Assembly: GCA_918234285.1 (NCBI GenBank)
Contig: CAKJXZ020000068.1
Coordinates: 1-37,125, forward strand
Reading direction: 5' to 3'
DNA length: 37,125 bases
Origin: Pseudomonadota bacterium
GTDB lineage: Bacteria > Pseudomonadota > Alphaproteobacteria > RF32 > CAG-239
In this document: positions 10,401-18,424 of the stretch, piece by piece
Layout: each line of letters opens with the position of its first letter
How positions within the stretch are numbered: position 1 is the first letter of the stretch
Program-made: the position numbers and the translations under genes
The notes under the pieces: generated by a model
Told to the model about the DNA's origin: nothing
Databases searched by the model: none
What the model saw: the letters and a program-made list of their open reading frames with translations, nothing else

Positions 10401-12356
10401 GCCGCCGAAAATATTTAAATTTGAGGCATCGGCCAAAGAAGTTGCCGCTTTAGCGGTTCCCATGACAATAGTACCGCCGTTGAGGTTTGTTGTACCAGCT
10501 AGGGTCATTGCATCGTTAATGATGATTTTGTTGAATCCTTTAGCTTCCAAATTCAATGTTGCGCTTGCGGCTGTTTGAATACCGGTGCCTGTACCTTCGG
10601 CTGTTCCGGTTGTATTGTTATTGGTAAATTCAATATCTTTGGTTTTAGCCGTTACGCTGACTGCGCCACTGTTCACAAAGATTGCCGCACCTTCAATGCC
10701 TTTATTGTTTCTAAACGATGAATCATATAGATTGATTGTTCCGCTACCGGTGTTATAAATTGCTCCGCCGCTCAATTCATCAAGCGTAGCGCTGTTGCCG
10801 ATAAAATCGCCGGTTATGGCATTAAATGTTCCTAGGTTGAAGATAGCTCCGCCACGCGTTGCCGAGTTATTTTCAAAATTGCCGGTCAACTGTTGAATTA
10901 CACCGCTATTATTGAGAATGGCTCCTCCGAATGAAGCCGAGTTATTTGTGAAATTACCGATCAGATTACCTATAAGGGTTTTTGTTTCGGTTCCGACATA
11001 TTGCTCATTATAAATCGCACCGCCCCAATCAGCCGTGTTATTTTCAAAATTACCCGTTAAAGTGTTAATTGTGCTGGAAAGAGTATAAATGGCGCCGCCG
11101 TACCCATCTCCACTATTATTTTTAGCCGTGTTTCCTACAAAATTGCCGGTTATGGAATCGATTGTACTGTAAAGTCCTACAAAAATTGCTCCGCCTTGGT
11201 CACAATTGGAATCTTTGGCCGAGTTATTGGTAAAGTCAGCTTCGATTTCACCGATGTGAGCGTTATTGGCGTTTGCTATCGCACCGCCTACGGAATAGTC
11301 ATTTGGACCGGCAGATACAGAATTTCCTACAAATTTACCGGTAATTTTGGTAATGGTGCTTGATACACCGTTATAAATTGCACCGCCCATATCAGCCGAA
11401 TTATTACGGAATTCTCCGTTTATCAGACTGATACTGCTTTCACCATCGTTATAAATTGCACCGCCATTGGCATAATTTCCCGGTGCAGATGCTAAATTGC
11501 CGACAAAATCAGCGTTTATGGTAGAAATGTTACTGCCGCCGCGATTAGCAATTGCCCCGCCGAGAGCATAATATCCCTCACTATTTGTTATTGCTGTATT
11601 GCCGACAAAATTACCTTCAATGGTTGTAATCGAGGCATTATCTTGTAAAAATATAGCACCGCCGTTAGGATGTCCGTTTATTGCCGAGACAGAGTTACCT
11701 ATAAAATCACCGGTAATTGAAGTAATTGTATTATCAAGCCGCGAAGCTATGGCACCGCCATATTGCCCCCGGTTGCCGATAAAATCACCGACTATACTTG
11801 ATATGGTGCTGAGTTCGGAATATAGTGCGCCGGCATAACCACTATCGGTATCATTTGCCAAATTGCCGATAAAATGCGCATTTATCGGCGTATCCGTTGT
11901 CTTTTCTTGAATAAAAACGGCAGCGCCGTAAAAAGCTGAATTAGAGATAAACCATCCGTTAACACTGTTCGGATTGTATACTCCGGAATTATGGTGATTG
12001 CCGATATACTCATTTGCGATATCAACCGCACCGCCGTCTTTTGTTACTGTTAATACTTTATTGGTGTCGTTCCAATCATAGGTTAAATTATTGGTATCAC
12101 TATTATACTTTGTCTTCTTAATATCCACATAATACGTCGTTTCGCCGTCGGAGTAAGAAATGCCGGTATTTGCACCGCTTTCTTTCCAAGTGTATGCCGC
12201 ATTTTCACCGTTGGTCGGTGTCGGCGCGGCCGCATCGGCATTAGTAGCCATGCTTCCCATAGAAACAAAAATAGCGGCATTTAACAATGCGCACTTGATT
12301 AAAACTTGCTTGTACCACTTGGTTAATTGAGTAATGGCGGAACGTGAATATTTCAT
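4440..12356 (-). CDS. Giant autotransporter adhesin (2638 aa) with Chlamydia Pmp-like GGA(I/L/V)/FxxN repeats
   Basis: Dozens of FxxN...GGAI motifs. C-terminal ~280-aa beta-barrel (GAWIQMLYNH...GIALGLDG...TPEAGLR...LKAKYNF) ending in Phe. ATG 12356 follows an AAGGA RBS. Confidence 0.92.
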   Translation of the reverse strand: MKYSRSAITQLTKWYKQVLIKCALLNAAIFVSMGSMATNADAAAPTPTNGENAAYTWKESGANTGISYSDGETTYYVDIKKTKYNSDTNNLTYDWNDTNKVLTVTKDGGAVDIANEYIGNHHNSGVYNPNSVNGWFISNSAFYGAAVFIQEKTTDTPINAHFIGNLANDTDSGYAGALYSELSTISSIVGDFIGNRGQYGGAIASRLDNTITSITGDFIGNSVSAINGHPNGGAIFLQDNASITTIEGNFVGNTAITNSEGYYALGGAIANRGGSNISTINADFVGNLASAPGNYANGGAIYNDGESSISLINGEFRNNSADMGGAIYNGVSSTITKITGKFVGNSVSAGPNDYSVGGAIANANNAHIGEIEADFTNNSAKDSNCDQGGAIFVGLYSTIDSITGNFVGNTAKNNSGDGYGGAIYTLSSTINTLTGNFENNTADWGGAIYNEQYVGTETKTLIGNLIGNFTNNSASFGGAILNNSGVIQQLTGNFENNSATRGGAIFNLGTFNAITGDFIGNSATLDELSGGAIYNTGSGTINLYDSSFRNNKGIEGAAIFVNSGAVSVTAKTKDIEFTNNNTTGTAEGTGTGIQTAASATLNLEAKGFNKIIINDAMTLAGTTNLNGGTIVMGTAKAATSLADASNLNIFGGTLNIANNNIDTLSFANTINNLDAFNLVIDVDAGETITADKITADLDNTNYVYLSALNFMNDSAESGEVQIADGYLKGLVKLANNFDSGIYTTVGYNKTTGILSFADPVNWTKRTNGVNSIYKWTKTNTGLMPVSYNDQTFYVDILKKSYTDDSHYDHLFKYTWDNENHILTVTNSDDSALVTTTGTRTGAGTKEDPYNFAGDYIGGSRVDLWKYIKDINGNYIGHTNSGDAGVFYISYDADLITTINANFIGNKTINDGDGGAIKNWGTISHLTGDFIGNKAHISGGAIYNGGQIQAIKGDYIGNTSKKGGAIYNYRGSTINSITGNFINNHATSGGGAIYNGVGNSSYASAATIGSISGNFINNQTEGYGGGAIYSINSNISSIAGNFIGNRANDGGAIFIGGDEYSQIDPVIDSITGKFENNYAKYYGGAIDTNVYDEAGKKMTINTIAADFIGNTAENSSGGAVYNYYNITIGSLTGKFENNSSNDSSGGALYNSGTINTLTADFENNSAAYYGGAIYNSGTLNIVDSSFTGNKATQHGGAIYGYAGTTNIIAKDKNVAFTNNNTTGTPEGTDYGIYVTSGTLGLNANTDKAITINDDIYLSSESYTSVNLNINTDENYHGGTVEFNGALIVDTTKLNTTLGGGTVKLGTDAATVNLRNMTVSGNTTLDLQNNNAGDILSVSNYNGTANLSLNLDYNGEGTIDRMYIGNSSASGNIVLNSIKVLADGNATYTQFLTSPSDDIIVTTSNPEDNTKLIVADDNYKYTFTLSDYFGYLEVSRTALGSNLATAIADATVSSYTMGSDFTFDEDGQGTLAGDSRNFTIFGQDHVIDGGGTYSYIRTSAGQTLSIENVTFQNISPAIRNQGNLNLKNVSFATQDYTDVINDGTLNLDGTNTVNYISWYDDGTRVVNVNGGTTTVSGAMYYQNELNVAEGATLILGNGYSSIQTAFDNKGTVQINGQLNVYNGNLTNSGTISGDGFIVIGAGDSEAYLENTGTIHNLLATDKGTVKTAVENVTGTINNRGTLLLSGTLNKSIYKGNTSSSPQGVIKIDGTLKIDASGVGDKTIYTSSMIDPNGGTLDMKNNQIDTLWVSSNKTIGTGNLTLDVDLSGATVKSDVFYATGTGPGSSNTDTLTVTDLNIIGELKPFEAQILKGDVYHRSLLLDDAVTAKYNKTEISTRYESDDLTATASWDDTFNTRKYETETVKKLETYAADSYTLYHQGLRYTETTGPETLVEETTEGDTLALLNKTTQFGATERKFVTSDANATHNVSEDLGTTAAGKLTVQGATDGENTSTIDLKGKKGFEVGEGAEVVLDTVKITGAKAADGALINNESGTVTLKDVEVAENSKAAINNGSTMNLSGTNNIESGIGGDGTTNITDGETKVAAKLAQKKLNIKSGAALETNADNVDAPISNNGTYDVTGGTIGKDVTGNGETVIKGNVQSKAKVANDITINTGKSLTANADNISGDVNNSGTYAVTGGTINNKVAGGALKVKGDVTVSDKADVKTASANVAKGASLDVGTNSVDLGDTTIDGTVKLEITDIAAGSDKYTGGQINATSLNLGKDSKLSLTVAPNLIAKKTSTGALDIINVSGATTGEFAEMMSNNRYKLAADKDGKFVITNFASVADIINEAGGSGNNIATGETWDETTFAAGSKAAEVQDVLNELSQHDEKGYVKALTDLAPSDSMAHVGLTQDFNNLVSEQIEARQQQKGLSSGDMFAKRGAWIQMLYNHSKQDKNDKNQGFTGKTKGIALGLDGEISDKTTVGIGYAYGKTDVDSAGRDMDVNGHTVYIYGKYQPSAWYVRGLAHYGFAEYEEKANIAGVANKAEYDVHNYGARAFVGYDLPNGFTPEAGLRITRIERRNYTDSVGQHVKTDGIDVLTASMGMNYSTTVTAKDQTWSPKAHVALTYDILSDDSNATVNVGNGVYNVEGKKLNRFGVEGGVGIEYGIGNWEFSAEYDLGARKDYLSHTGMLKAKYNF

Positions 12357-12502
12357 GGTGTCATCCTTTATAAAAATTATCAACAAAAACGGCATAAAAA
12401 CAGCGTTAGTTTGAGCTTATCCGACAATTTTGCTATCCGCAACAAAAATTTACCGTTTGTTAATATTTTTATATAATTTCAATAAAGTAGCCATAATAAA
12501 GC

Positions 12503-12529
12503 AAACCCCGATGAATTGCTCCATCGGGT
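12503..12529 (-). terminator. Hairpin/weak terminator after the ankyrin gene
   Basis: Minus strand acccgatgga-gcaa-ttcatcggggtttg; similar to the 4385-4420 hairpin. Confidence 0.6.
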
Positions 12530-12553
12530 ACCATTTTTAATAAAATTGAGTAC

Positions 12554-12982
12554 CTAATACTCTGCGCCGTAGCGTTTCAAAAGATCTATGTATTTAGGGT
12601 GGTAAAGCTTTGCCAAATAAAGGGCTGTTTTGCTGTCATGACCGATTATGTTTACGTCGCAACCGTTTTTGACGAGCAAAACTATTATCAGATAGCGGTT
12701 TGGGATTGGTTTTTGCGATAATGCTTTCATTAAAAGCGAATATCCGGTTTGTTTGTAGATCACGTCAACGTTAGCTCCATGTCTGATGAGTGAAATCAAG
12801 GCGTTAGCGTTGCCGTATTCCACAGCATACATTGCCGGAAAGACGCCATGTGAATCCGGTACATTCACATCTATATCCGTAATTAATATCTCGTGCAATG
12901 CGTTAAAGTCGTTGCACACAATCGCCGTGTTTAATTCATCTATTTTGCGTGTATTTGCAGATTTAATTTTCTTTTTAATCAT
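12554..12982 (-). CDS. Ankyrin repeat protein
   Basis: DVNVPDSHGVFPAMYAVEYGN, LIRHGANVD, LLVKNGCDVN, KTALYLA and LLKRYGA ankyrin motifs; AAGGAG RBS. Confidence 0.9.
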   Translation of the reverse strand: MIKKKIKSANTRKIDELNTAIVCNDFNALHEILITDIDVNVPDSHGVFPAMYAVEYGNANALISLIRHGANVDVIYKQTGYSLLMKALSQKPIPNRYLIIVLLVKNGCDVNIIGHDSKTALYLAKLYHPKYIDLLKRYGAEY

Positions 12983-13108
12983 AATTTGCTCCTTAAAAAT
13001 TGTATCATAATTATTTATCCGGATTAGGTGTAATTTTGCCGGAAATAAAACGAACTGCCGACTGATAAATATAATTGCAGGAATTATTTTGCTCCGAATG
13101 TATCACCA

Positions 13109-13134
13109 AGCCGAGTTTAACCACTCGGTTTTTT
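13109..13134 (+). terminator. Orphan plus-strand terminator-like hairpin
   Basis: agccgagt-ttaacc-actcggtt-tttt with no credible plus-strand CDS upstream. Confidence 0.5.
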
Positions 13135-13362
13135 ATTCACTATGCCAGTTACCTCTTTTTCTTTTAGCGCAACTTTTTCTTTTTCTGGTCTGGATTTATA
13201 TTAGCTTCTCTATTTTCCCCGGGATCAATATAAACCCGGCTATAATTTCAAACAAAAAAGTATTATATAATAGCTCTTCTTTAGATTATATTTTATACTA
13301 TATTATAGGAAGAAAAAACTGCCTTGAAAGCCCGACCGGATAAGGATTTCAGGAAATCACCC

Positions 13363-13505
13363 CGACATTATTTAGTTCCCGAAGCGGCATTATTTGATTC
13401 CGACACAGGCATTATTTAATTCCGCACCGACATTATTTGATTTCATTTTTGGCATTAGCGGCATTATTTAATTCCGAAATCAGAATTCCGGCATTATTTG
13501 ATTCC
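13363..13505 (+). repeat. Six iteron-like direct repeats (consensus CGRCATTATTTRATTCC), putative replication origin or operator array
   Basis: CATTATTT cores start at 13366, 13388, 13410, 13431, 13462 and 13492 (spacings 22, 22, 21, 31, 30). AT-rich tract at ~13240-13320. Confidence 0.8.
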
Positions 13506-13585
13506 CGGCTCATTTTTGCTCAAATGAAAATTTGCCTCATTTTAAAAATAAATACCTTTGTAAAAATTAATTATGAGGTATTAAG

Positions 13586-14098
13586 ATGTCAAAAAAAAGT
13601 GAAATTACCGTGGCTGAGCGCCAAATTTTAGATTTTATTAAATTCAGAAGCAATGAGAAGCACAAATTTTTCGGGAGTAACGAATATCTCGGGGACAGCA
13701 TTGGACTGCAAACAACTTCGGTTAAAAATATGGTCAACAGACTTGTGCGTTTGGGGTATTTAACCCGAACAATGGAAGGAAATAAGCGCTATTTGCAATA
13801 TACCGGCAAGAAATATCTGTCGGTTGTCGGCGATTTAAGCAATTACGATAAGGCATATTTGCGTAAACAAGTCGCCCATTATAAGCAAGAATATGAGGAT
13901 GCTGAGCAACAAATTGAGCTGATGAAGATAGAAATTGAGCAGTTAAAAAACAAGATTGAGCAGAAAGACAACCAAATCAAGAGCGATAACCAAGCGATTG
14001 CCGTGTTAAAGAACATTTTGGCGCAATTGGGTATTGATGGCGATAAGCTGATAGAACTGTCTCAAAAGGTTTATAAAGAAATGTTCGGCGATTGTTAA
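13586..14098 (+). CDS. Winged-HTH (HTH_36/Rep-like) protein with C-terminal coiled coil
   Basis: FFGSNEYLGDSIGLQTTSVKNMVNRLVRLGYL resembles the wHTH of phage/plasmid replication initiators. Heptad-rich C-terminus; GAGG RBS. Confidence 0.7.
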   Translation: MSKKSEITVAERQILDFIKFRSNEKHKFFGSNEYLGDSIGLQTTSVKNMVNRLVRLGYLTRTMEGNKRYLQYTGKKYLSVVGDLSNYDKAYLRKQVAHYKQEYEDAEQQIELMKIEIEQLKNKIEQKDNQIKSDNQAIAVLKNILAQLGIDGDKLIELSQKVYKEMFGDC

Positions 14099-14214
14099 GG
14101 TGGTGCGGCGAACCTTAAAAAGCGTTATTCCGCCCCTTAAAACGCGCGAAAACAGATTATTTGAGAGATAAATATGTTTGATACATCTTTGTATCTCAGA
14201 TAATTTTTACACCC

Positions 14215-14248
14215 CTCCGGCAGTTTTTGCGACTACCGGAGATTTTTT
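14215..14248 (+). terminator. Terminator after the wHTH gene
   Basis: ctccggcagt-ttttgcg-actaccggag-atttttt. Confidence 0.7.
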
Positions 14249-14397
14249 GCGGGCAACGACCTAGAAAAATTGAATATATGTCAAAAGTTGACAACATAAG
14301 GGTTTGTACAGTTAAAAACGACAATATTAGACTTGATTTTACTATCAAAAGATGAATATCATGAAAAACAATTAAGTCAATTTATGCTGAGGTCACA

Positions 14398-17300
14398 ATG
14401 CAGATTTTAACAGGAATATACGAGCAAGTTATCAATCAAGTCATTGATAATGAACTAAAAGAAGTTGATTTGAATGAAAATATTATTGAAAAAACACCAA
14501 TTGATTCAGCTGAAGCCCAGCATATTTTGGCAGAATACCTGGCTCAGGTAATTGAAAAAGGTTTGATACGTATTCGTGAAGAATATAAAGAAGGTAGTAA
14601 AGATGCTCAAATCAAAGCCTGCAACGAGATTATCGCTAAACTCTCACAGCTTTCAAATTCAGAAGATATATTGGAGTGGCAAATAGGAGCTGAGGGTCAG
14701 CAATTACTTGCAATTCTTAATAAAACGAAACAACAGCTGAAAGATAAACGTCCAACAACCTCTCTTGCTATAAGTACCTTATTTACTGGGTCTAAACTTG
14801 AACCTTCTATGGTCAGCGAACTGAAAAAGGAAATTGCAACAGCAGATAGCATAGATATGTTGGTATCATTTATTAAATGGAGCGGTCTACGCCTAATTTT
14901 TGATGATTTGCAAGATTTTACCAAAGAGCATAAACTTCGGATCATAACGACTTCCTATATGGGAGCAACAGATCCTAAGGCACTTGAAGAGTTATCTAAA
15001 TTACCAAATACAGAAATTAAAATATCTTATAACACTAAAAGAACCAGATTACATGCTAAAGCGTATATGTTTTACCGTAATTCTGGCTTTTCTACGGCTT
15101 ATATTGGTTCTTCTAATTTATCTTCTGCAGCTATCGGTGAAGGTTTAGAGTGGAATGTTAAAGCAACGAATCAGGATATGGCGCACGTTTTACGCAATAT
15201 GAGTGCTACTTTTGATTCTTATTGGAATAGCAACGAATTTGAAGATTTTCATCTTTCCGACATGGAAAAATTTGTAAAAGCCATCCAAATTGAGTATTCA
15301 AATGATAATAATGAAGATTTTGTGTTCAAAATTGAACCATATCCTTTTCAGAAAAAAATTTTAGAAAAACTAAAGGCAGAAAGAGAAATTCACAATCGCT
15401 ATAAAAACTTGGTAGTTATGGCAACTGGCACTGGTAAAACAGTTGTTTCAGCTTTTGATTATAAGGCATTCTGCAAGCAAAATCCAGATAGTCGCAATAG
15501 ATTACTGTTTATTGCTCATAGGCAAGAAATTCTGAATCAGAGCCTCAAAACATATCGTGGAATATTAAAGGATAACAACTTTGGTGATGTTTTATACGGC
15601 AATAAGAAAGTCAGTCAAATTGACCATTTATTTATGTCAATACAGTCATTTAATGCTAAAGAATTTGAAAATAAAGTTCCTAGCGATTACTACGATTTTA
15701 TTGTTGTAGATGAATTTCATCATGCGGCTGCGCCAAGTTATCAAAAACTTCTAACTTATTTCAAACCAAAGATTTTATTGGGGTTGACGGCAACACCTGA
15801 ACGCATGGACGGTTTAGATGTATGTACAACATATTTTGGTGGTTTTACCGCAGTAGATTTTAGGTTACCAGAGGCAATAAATCGTCAATTATTGGTGCCG
15901 TTTCAATATTTTGGTATTACTGACACAGTTGATCTGAGTTCGGTTAAATTTATTCGCGGTTACTATGATAAAACAGAATTAGAGAATGTTTATATTACCG
16001 ACGACGCTCGTACACGCAATATTATTGCTTCTGTTCGCAAATACGTGACCGATCTAAAACAGGTAATTGGTTTGGGGTTTTGCGTTGGTGTTGAACACGC
16101 TAAATATATGGCTCGGCGTTTTAATGATGCCGGTATACCGTCTATTGCTCTGCATGGCGGCTCATCAGAAGAGGAACGCATCAGTGCCAAGAAAAAGTTA
16201 GTTAAAAAGGAAATAAATTTTATATTTACAGTAGATTTATATAATGAAGGCGTTGATATTCCTGAAGTTAATACAGTTTTATTTTTGCGCCCAACAGAAA
16301 GTATGACAATTTATGTTCAGCAGTTGGGGCGTGGATTGCGTTTATGTGAAGGTAAAGATGTTTTAACAGTATTGGATTTTATTGGTCAACAAAATAAAAA
16401 ATACAGCTTTGAGGGTAAACTCAGATGTATGATTGATAAATGCAAGGATTCCCTTGAAGAAGAAGCAAAGCGTGGATTTGTTAATCTTCCTGTTGGTTGC
16501 AATATTCATCTGGAAAAGGTTGCAATGGAATATGTTTTGGAAAATATCAAATCTTCAATACCGAATAAGCGTAATTTACTGAGTCGCATCCAATCATTTG
16601 AGCGTGAGACAGGTGAAAAGTTAACAATAGCCAGTTTCTTACATAAGTATCAGTATCAATTGACGGATATTTATAATAAATCATTGTTTAGTAGTTTGAT
16701 GATGGAAGCCAATCTTATCCCTTTAAGACAAATCAAAAATGAAGATACGTATAGAAAAGCTTTTCTTAAATTATGTGCTGCAGATAGTCGTATTTGGATT
16801 TCTTTTCTAATTAAGGCACTGACAAGAGATAAATGGCAATATAATACAGATGAAAAGTGTATGCTCAATATGCTGCATTATACTTTTTGGCAGAAATCCC
16901 CATTAGATATGGGATTTTCATCTGAGGATGGAATTATAGACTTCATAAAATCTGAGCCAATAGTAAAAGAAGAACTATTGGAACTCTTACACCTGCGTTA
17001 TAATGAAATTGATTTCTTAGATGATCCGGTGGTTCTTGATTTTGATAATATGCTTTATAATCATTGTACCTATACAAGAGATCAAGCATTAGCCGCCGTT
17101 GGACATTGGAACTATGATAAACGAGTGGATATGCGTGAAGGCGTGCTGTATCTAAAGGATAAAAAAACTCATTTATTCTTTATTAACCTAAATAAATCAG
17201 AAAAAGACTTTTCGCCGACCACAATGTATGAAGACTATGCTATAAATGAGACTTTATTTCATTGGCAATCACAAAGCACGACTACAATTCAATCAAAAAC

Positions 17301-17520
17301 GGGGCAGTCCTACATTAATCAGGATAAAAATGGCGAAAATGTAATTTTATTTGTAAGAGAGCAAAAGAGCGATAAAAATGGCGCAATGCCCTATGTTTGC
17401 TTAGGTAAAGCACACTTTGTTAGTAATCAAGGCGAAAAACCAATGAATATCGTTTGGCGTTTAGAAAACGAAATGCCTGCGTGGTTGTATCAAATCGCCT
17501 CGCAGGCTATCGCGGTATAG
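14398..17520 (+). CDS. PLD nuclease - SF2 helicase - DUF3427 protein (SauUSI-like type IV modification-dependent restriction enzyme)
   Basis: LHAKAY...IGSSNLS (PLD HxK). Helicase motifs ATGTGKT, DEFHH, TATPER and QQLGRGLR. C-terminal YEDYAINETLFHWQSQS (DUF3427-type). Confidence 0.85.
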   Translation: MQILTGIYEQVINQVIDNELKEVDLNENIIEKTPIDSAEAQHILAEYLAQVIEKGLIRIREEYKEGSKDAQIKACNEIIAKLSQLSNSEDILEWQIGAEGQQLLAILNKTKQQLKDKRPTTSLAISTLFTGSKLEPSMVSELKKEIATADSIDMLVSFIKWSGLRLIFDDLQDFTKEHKLRIITTSYMGATDPKALEELSKLPNTEIKISYNTKRTRLHAKAYMFYRNSGFSTAYIGSSNLSSAAIGEGLEWNVKATNQDMAHVLRNMSATFDSYWNSNEFEDFHLSDMEKFVKAIQIEYSNDNNEDFVFKIEPYPFQKKILEKLKAEREIHNRYKNLVVMATGTGKTVVSAFDYKAFCKQNPDSRNRLLFIAHRQEILNQSLKTYRGILKDNNFGDVLYGNKKVSQIDHLFMSIQSFNAKEFENKVPSDYYDFIVVDEFHHAAAPSYQKLLTYFKPKILLGLTATPERMDGLDVCTTYFGGFTAVDFRLPEAINRQLLVPFQYFGITDTVDLSSVKFIRGYYDKTELENVYITDDARTRNIIASVRKYVTDLKQVIGLGFCVGVEHAKYMARRFNDAGIPSIALHGGSSEEERISAKKKLVKKEINFIFTVDLYNEGVDIPEVNTVLFLRPTESMTIYVQQLGRGLRLCEGKDVLTVLDFIGQQNKKYSFEGKLRCMIDKCKDSLEEEAKRGFVNLPVGCNIHLEKVAMEYVLENIKSSIPNKRNLLSRIQSFERETGEKLTIASFLHKYQYQLTDIYNKSLFSSLMMEANLIPLRQIKNEDTYRKAFLKLCAADSRIWISFLIKALTRDKWQYNTDEKCMLNMLHYTFWQKSPLDMGFSSEDGIIDFIKSEPIVKEELLELLHLRYNEIDFLDDPVVLDFDNMLYNHCTYTRDQALAAVGHWNYDKRVDMREGVLYLKDKKTHLFFINLNKSEKDFSPTTMYEDYAINETLFHWQSQSTTTIQSKTGQSYINQDKNGENVILFVREQKSDKNGAMPYVCLGKAHFVSNQGEKPMNIVWRLENEMPAWLYQIASQAIAV

Positions 17521-17542
17521 TAGATGAAATATTTACGCTCCT

Positions 17543-18142
17543 TTACGCTATTCCAGAGCGTTTTAGAAAACGGTTAAGAGTCATACGCTGTACACCGAGA
17601 ATTCGGGCAATTTGCGACTTTTTAATCCCTTTAGAGAGTAATGCCTCAATTCTTCTGGCATTCTTTGCTAATTTAAGTTTTTTGGCTTCTGCGCCCATTG
17701 GGCGGCCAAGACGAACACCGGCAGCCCTTCGGTTATCCAAAGAGGACTTTGTGCGCTGCGAAATCAAATTGCGCTCAATCTGCGCCGACAAGCCAAATGC
17801 AAACGCCAACACTTGCGATTGAATATCGTTACCGAGATGGTAGTTTTCTTTAATCGTAATCACTTGGCAATTCTTGGATAAACAGGTCTCTAAAATCCCC
17901 ATAACCTCTAACAACGAGCGCCCGAGCCGTGAAATCTCGGTGGCAATCAAGACATCATTTTCCTGTAATTCCTCTAATAATGCCCCGAGTTTGCGCTTTT
18001 TTAGGGACTTTCGGGATGAAATTGTTTCTTCCACCCAGCGGTCAATAAGAAGCCCGTTTTTGTTTGCGTATTCTTGGATTTCGTGCCTTTGATGCGAAGT
18101 TTGTTGTTTTTGTGTGCTGCAACGAATATAAGCGATAATCAT
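17543..18142 (-). CDS. Serine recombinase, Mpi-like DNA invertase/resolvase
   Basis: YIRCST catalytic Ser, SRLGRS, IKENYHLGNDIQSQVLAFAFGLSAQIERNLISQRTK, LGRP and a C-terminal HTH. Confidence 0.92.
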   Translation of the reverse strand: MIIAYIRCSTQKQQTSHQRHEIQEYANKNGLLIDRWVEETISSRKSLKKRKLGALLEELQENDVLIATEISRLGRSLLEVMGILETCLSKNCQVITIKENYHLGNDIQSQVLAFAFGLSAQIERNLISQRTKSSLDNRRAAGVRLGRPMGAEAKKLKLAKNARRIEALLSKGIKKSQIARILGVQRMTLNRFLKRSGIA

Positions 18143-18424
18143 ATTTTCTCCTTTTTAAGTATTTATCAGGAGAAATCAAAGATTTACGTTCAAAAAACTG
18201 TGCTTTTTTAACCAACGATAAAATCAACCACTTTTTTGCGCTTTTTGAACCGAATTGTTTTGCCGCAAATAACGGTTATATTATTGATGTAATGTAAGAA
18301 ACGTAAGGAGTTTCAACGGGTTTGCCGATGTAAAATAAGCGGACTTCCTCGGTGCCAAAGCCAAATGAACACAATCGTTCATTTGTGTTCAGATGATTTC
18401 AAAATAATTTTTAGGAATTTGAAG

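Noticed and set aside
4767-12280. Short ORFs overlapping the autotransporter, and similar antisense or alternate-frame ORFs over other long genes
   Set aside because: Shadow ORFs without RBS or recognisable motifs, overlapping well-supported CDSs
13363-13505. Repeat array as a CRISPR
   Set aside because: Repeats are ~17 bp with only ~4-14 bp between them, and there are no cas genes; the helical phasing fits iterons
13089-13631. 84-aa and 64-aa ORFs across the putative origin
   Set aside because: TTG starts without RBS; they run through a terminator hairpin and the repeat array
18367-18390. LexA box upstream of the SLOG gene
   Set aside because: GAAC/GTTC elements are spaced by 6 nt, not the N7 direct repeat
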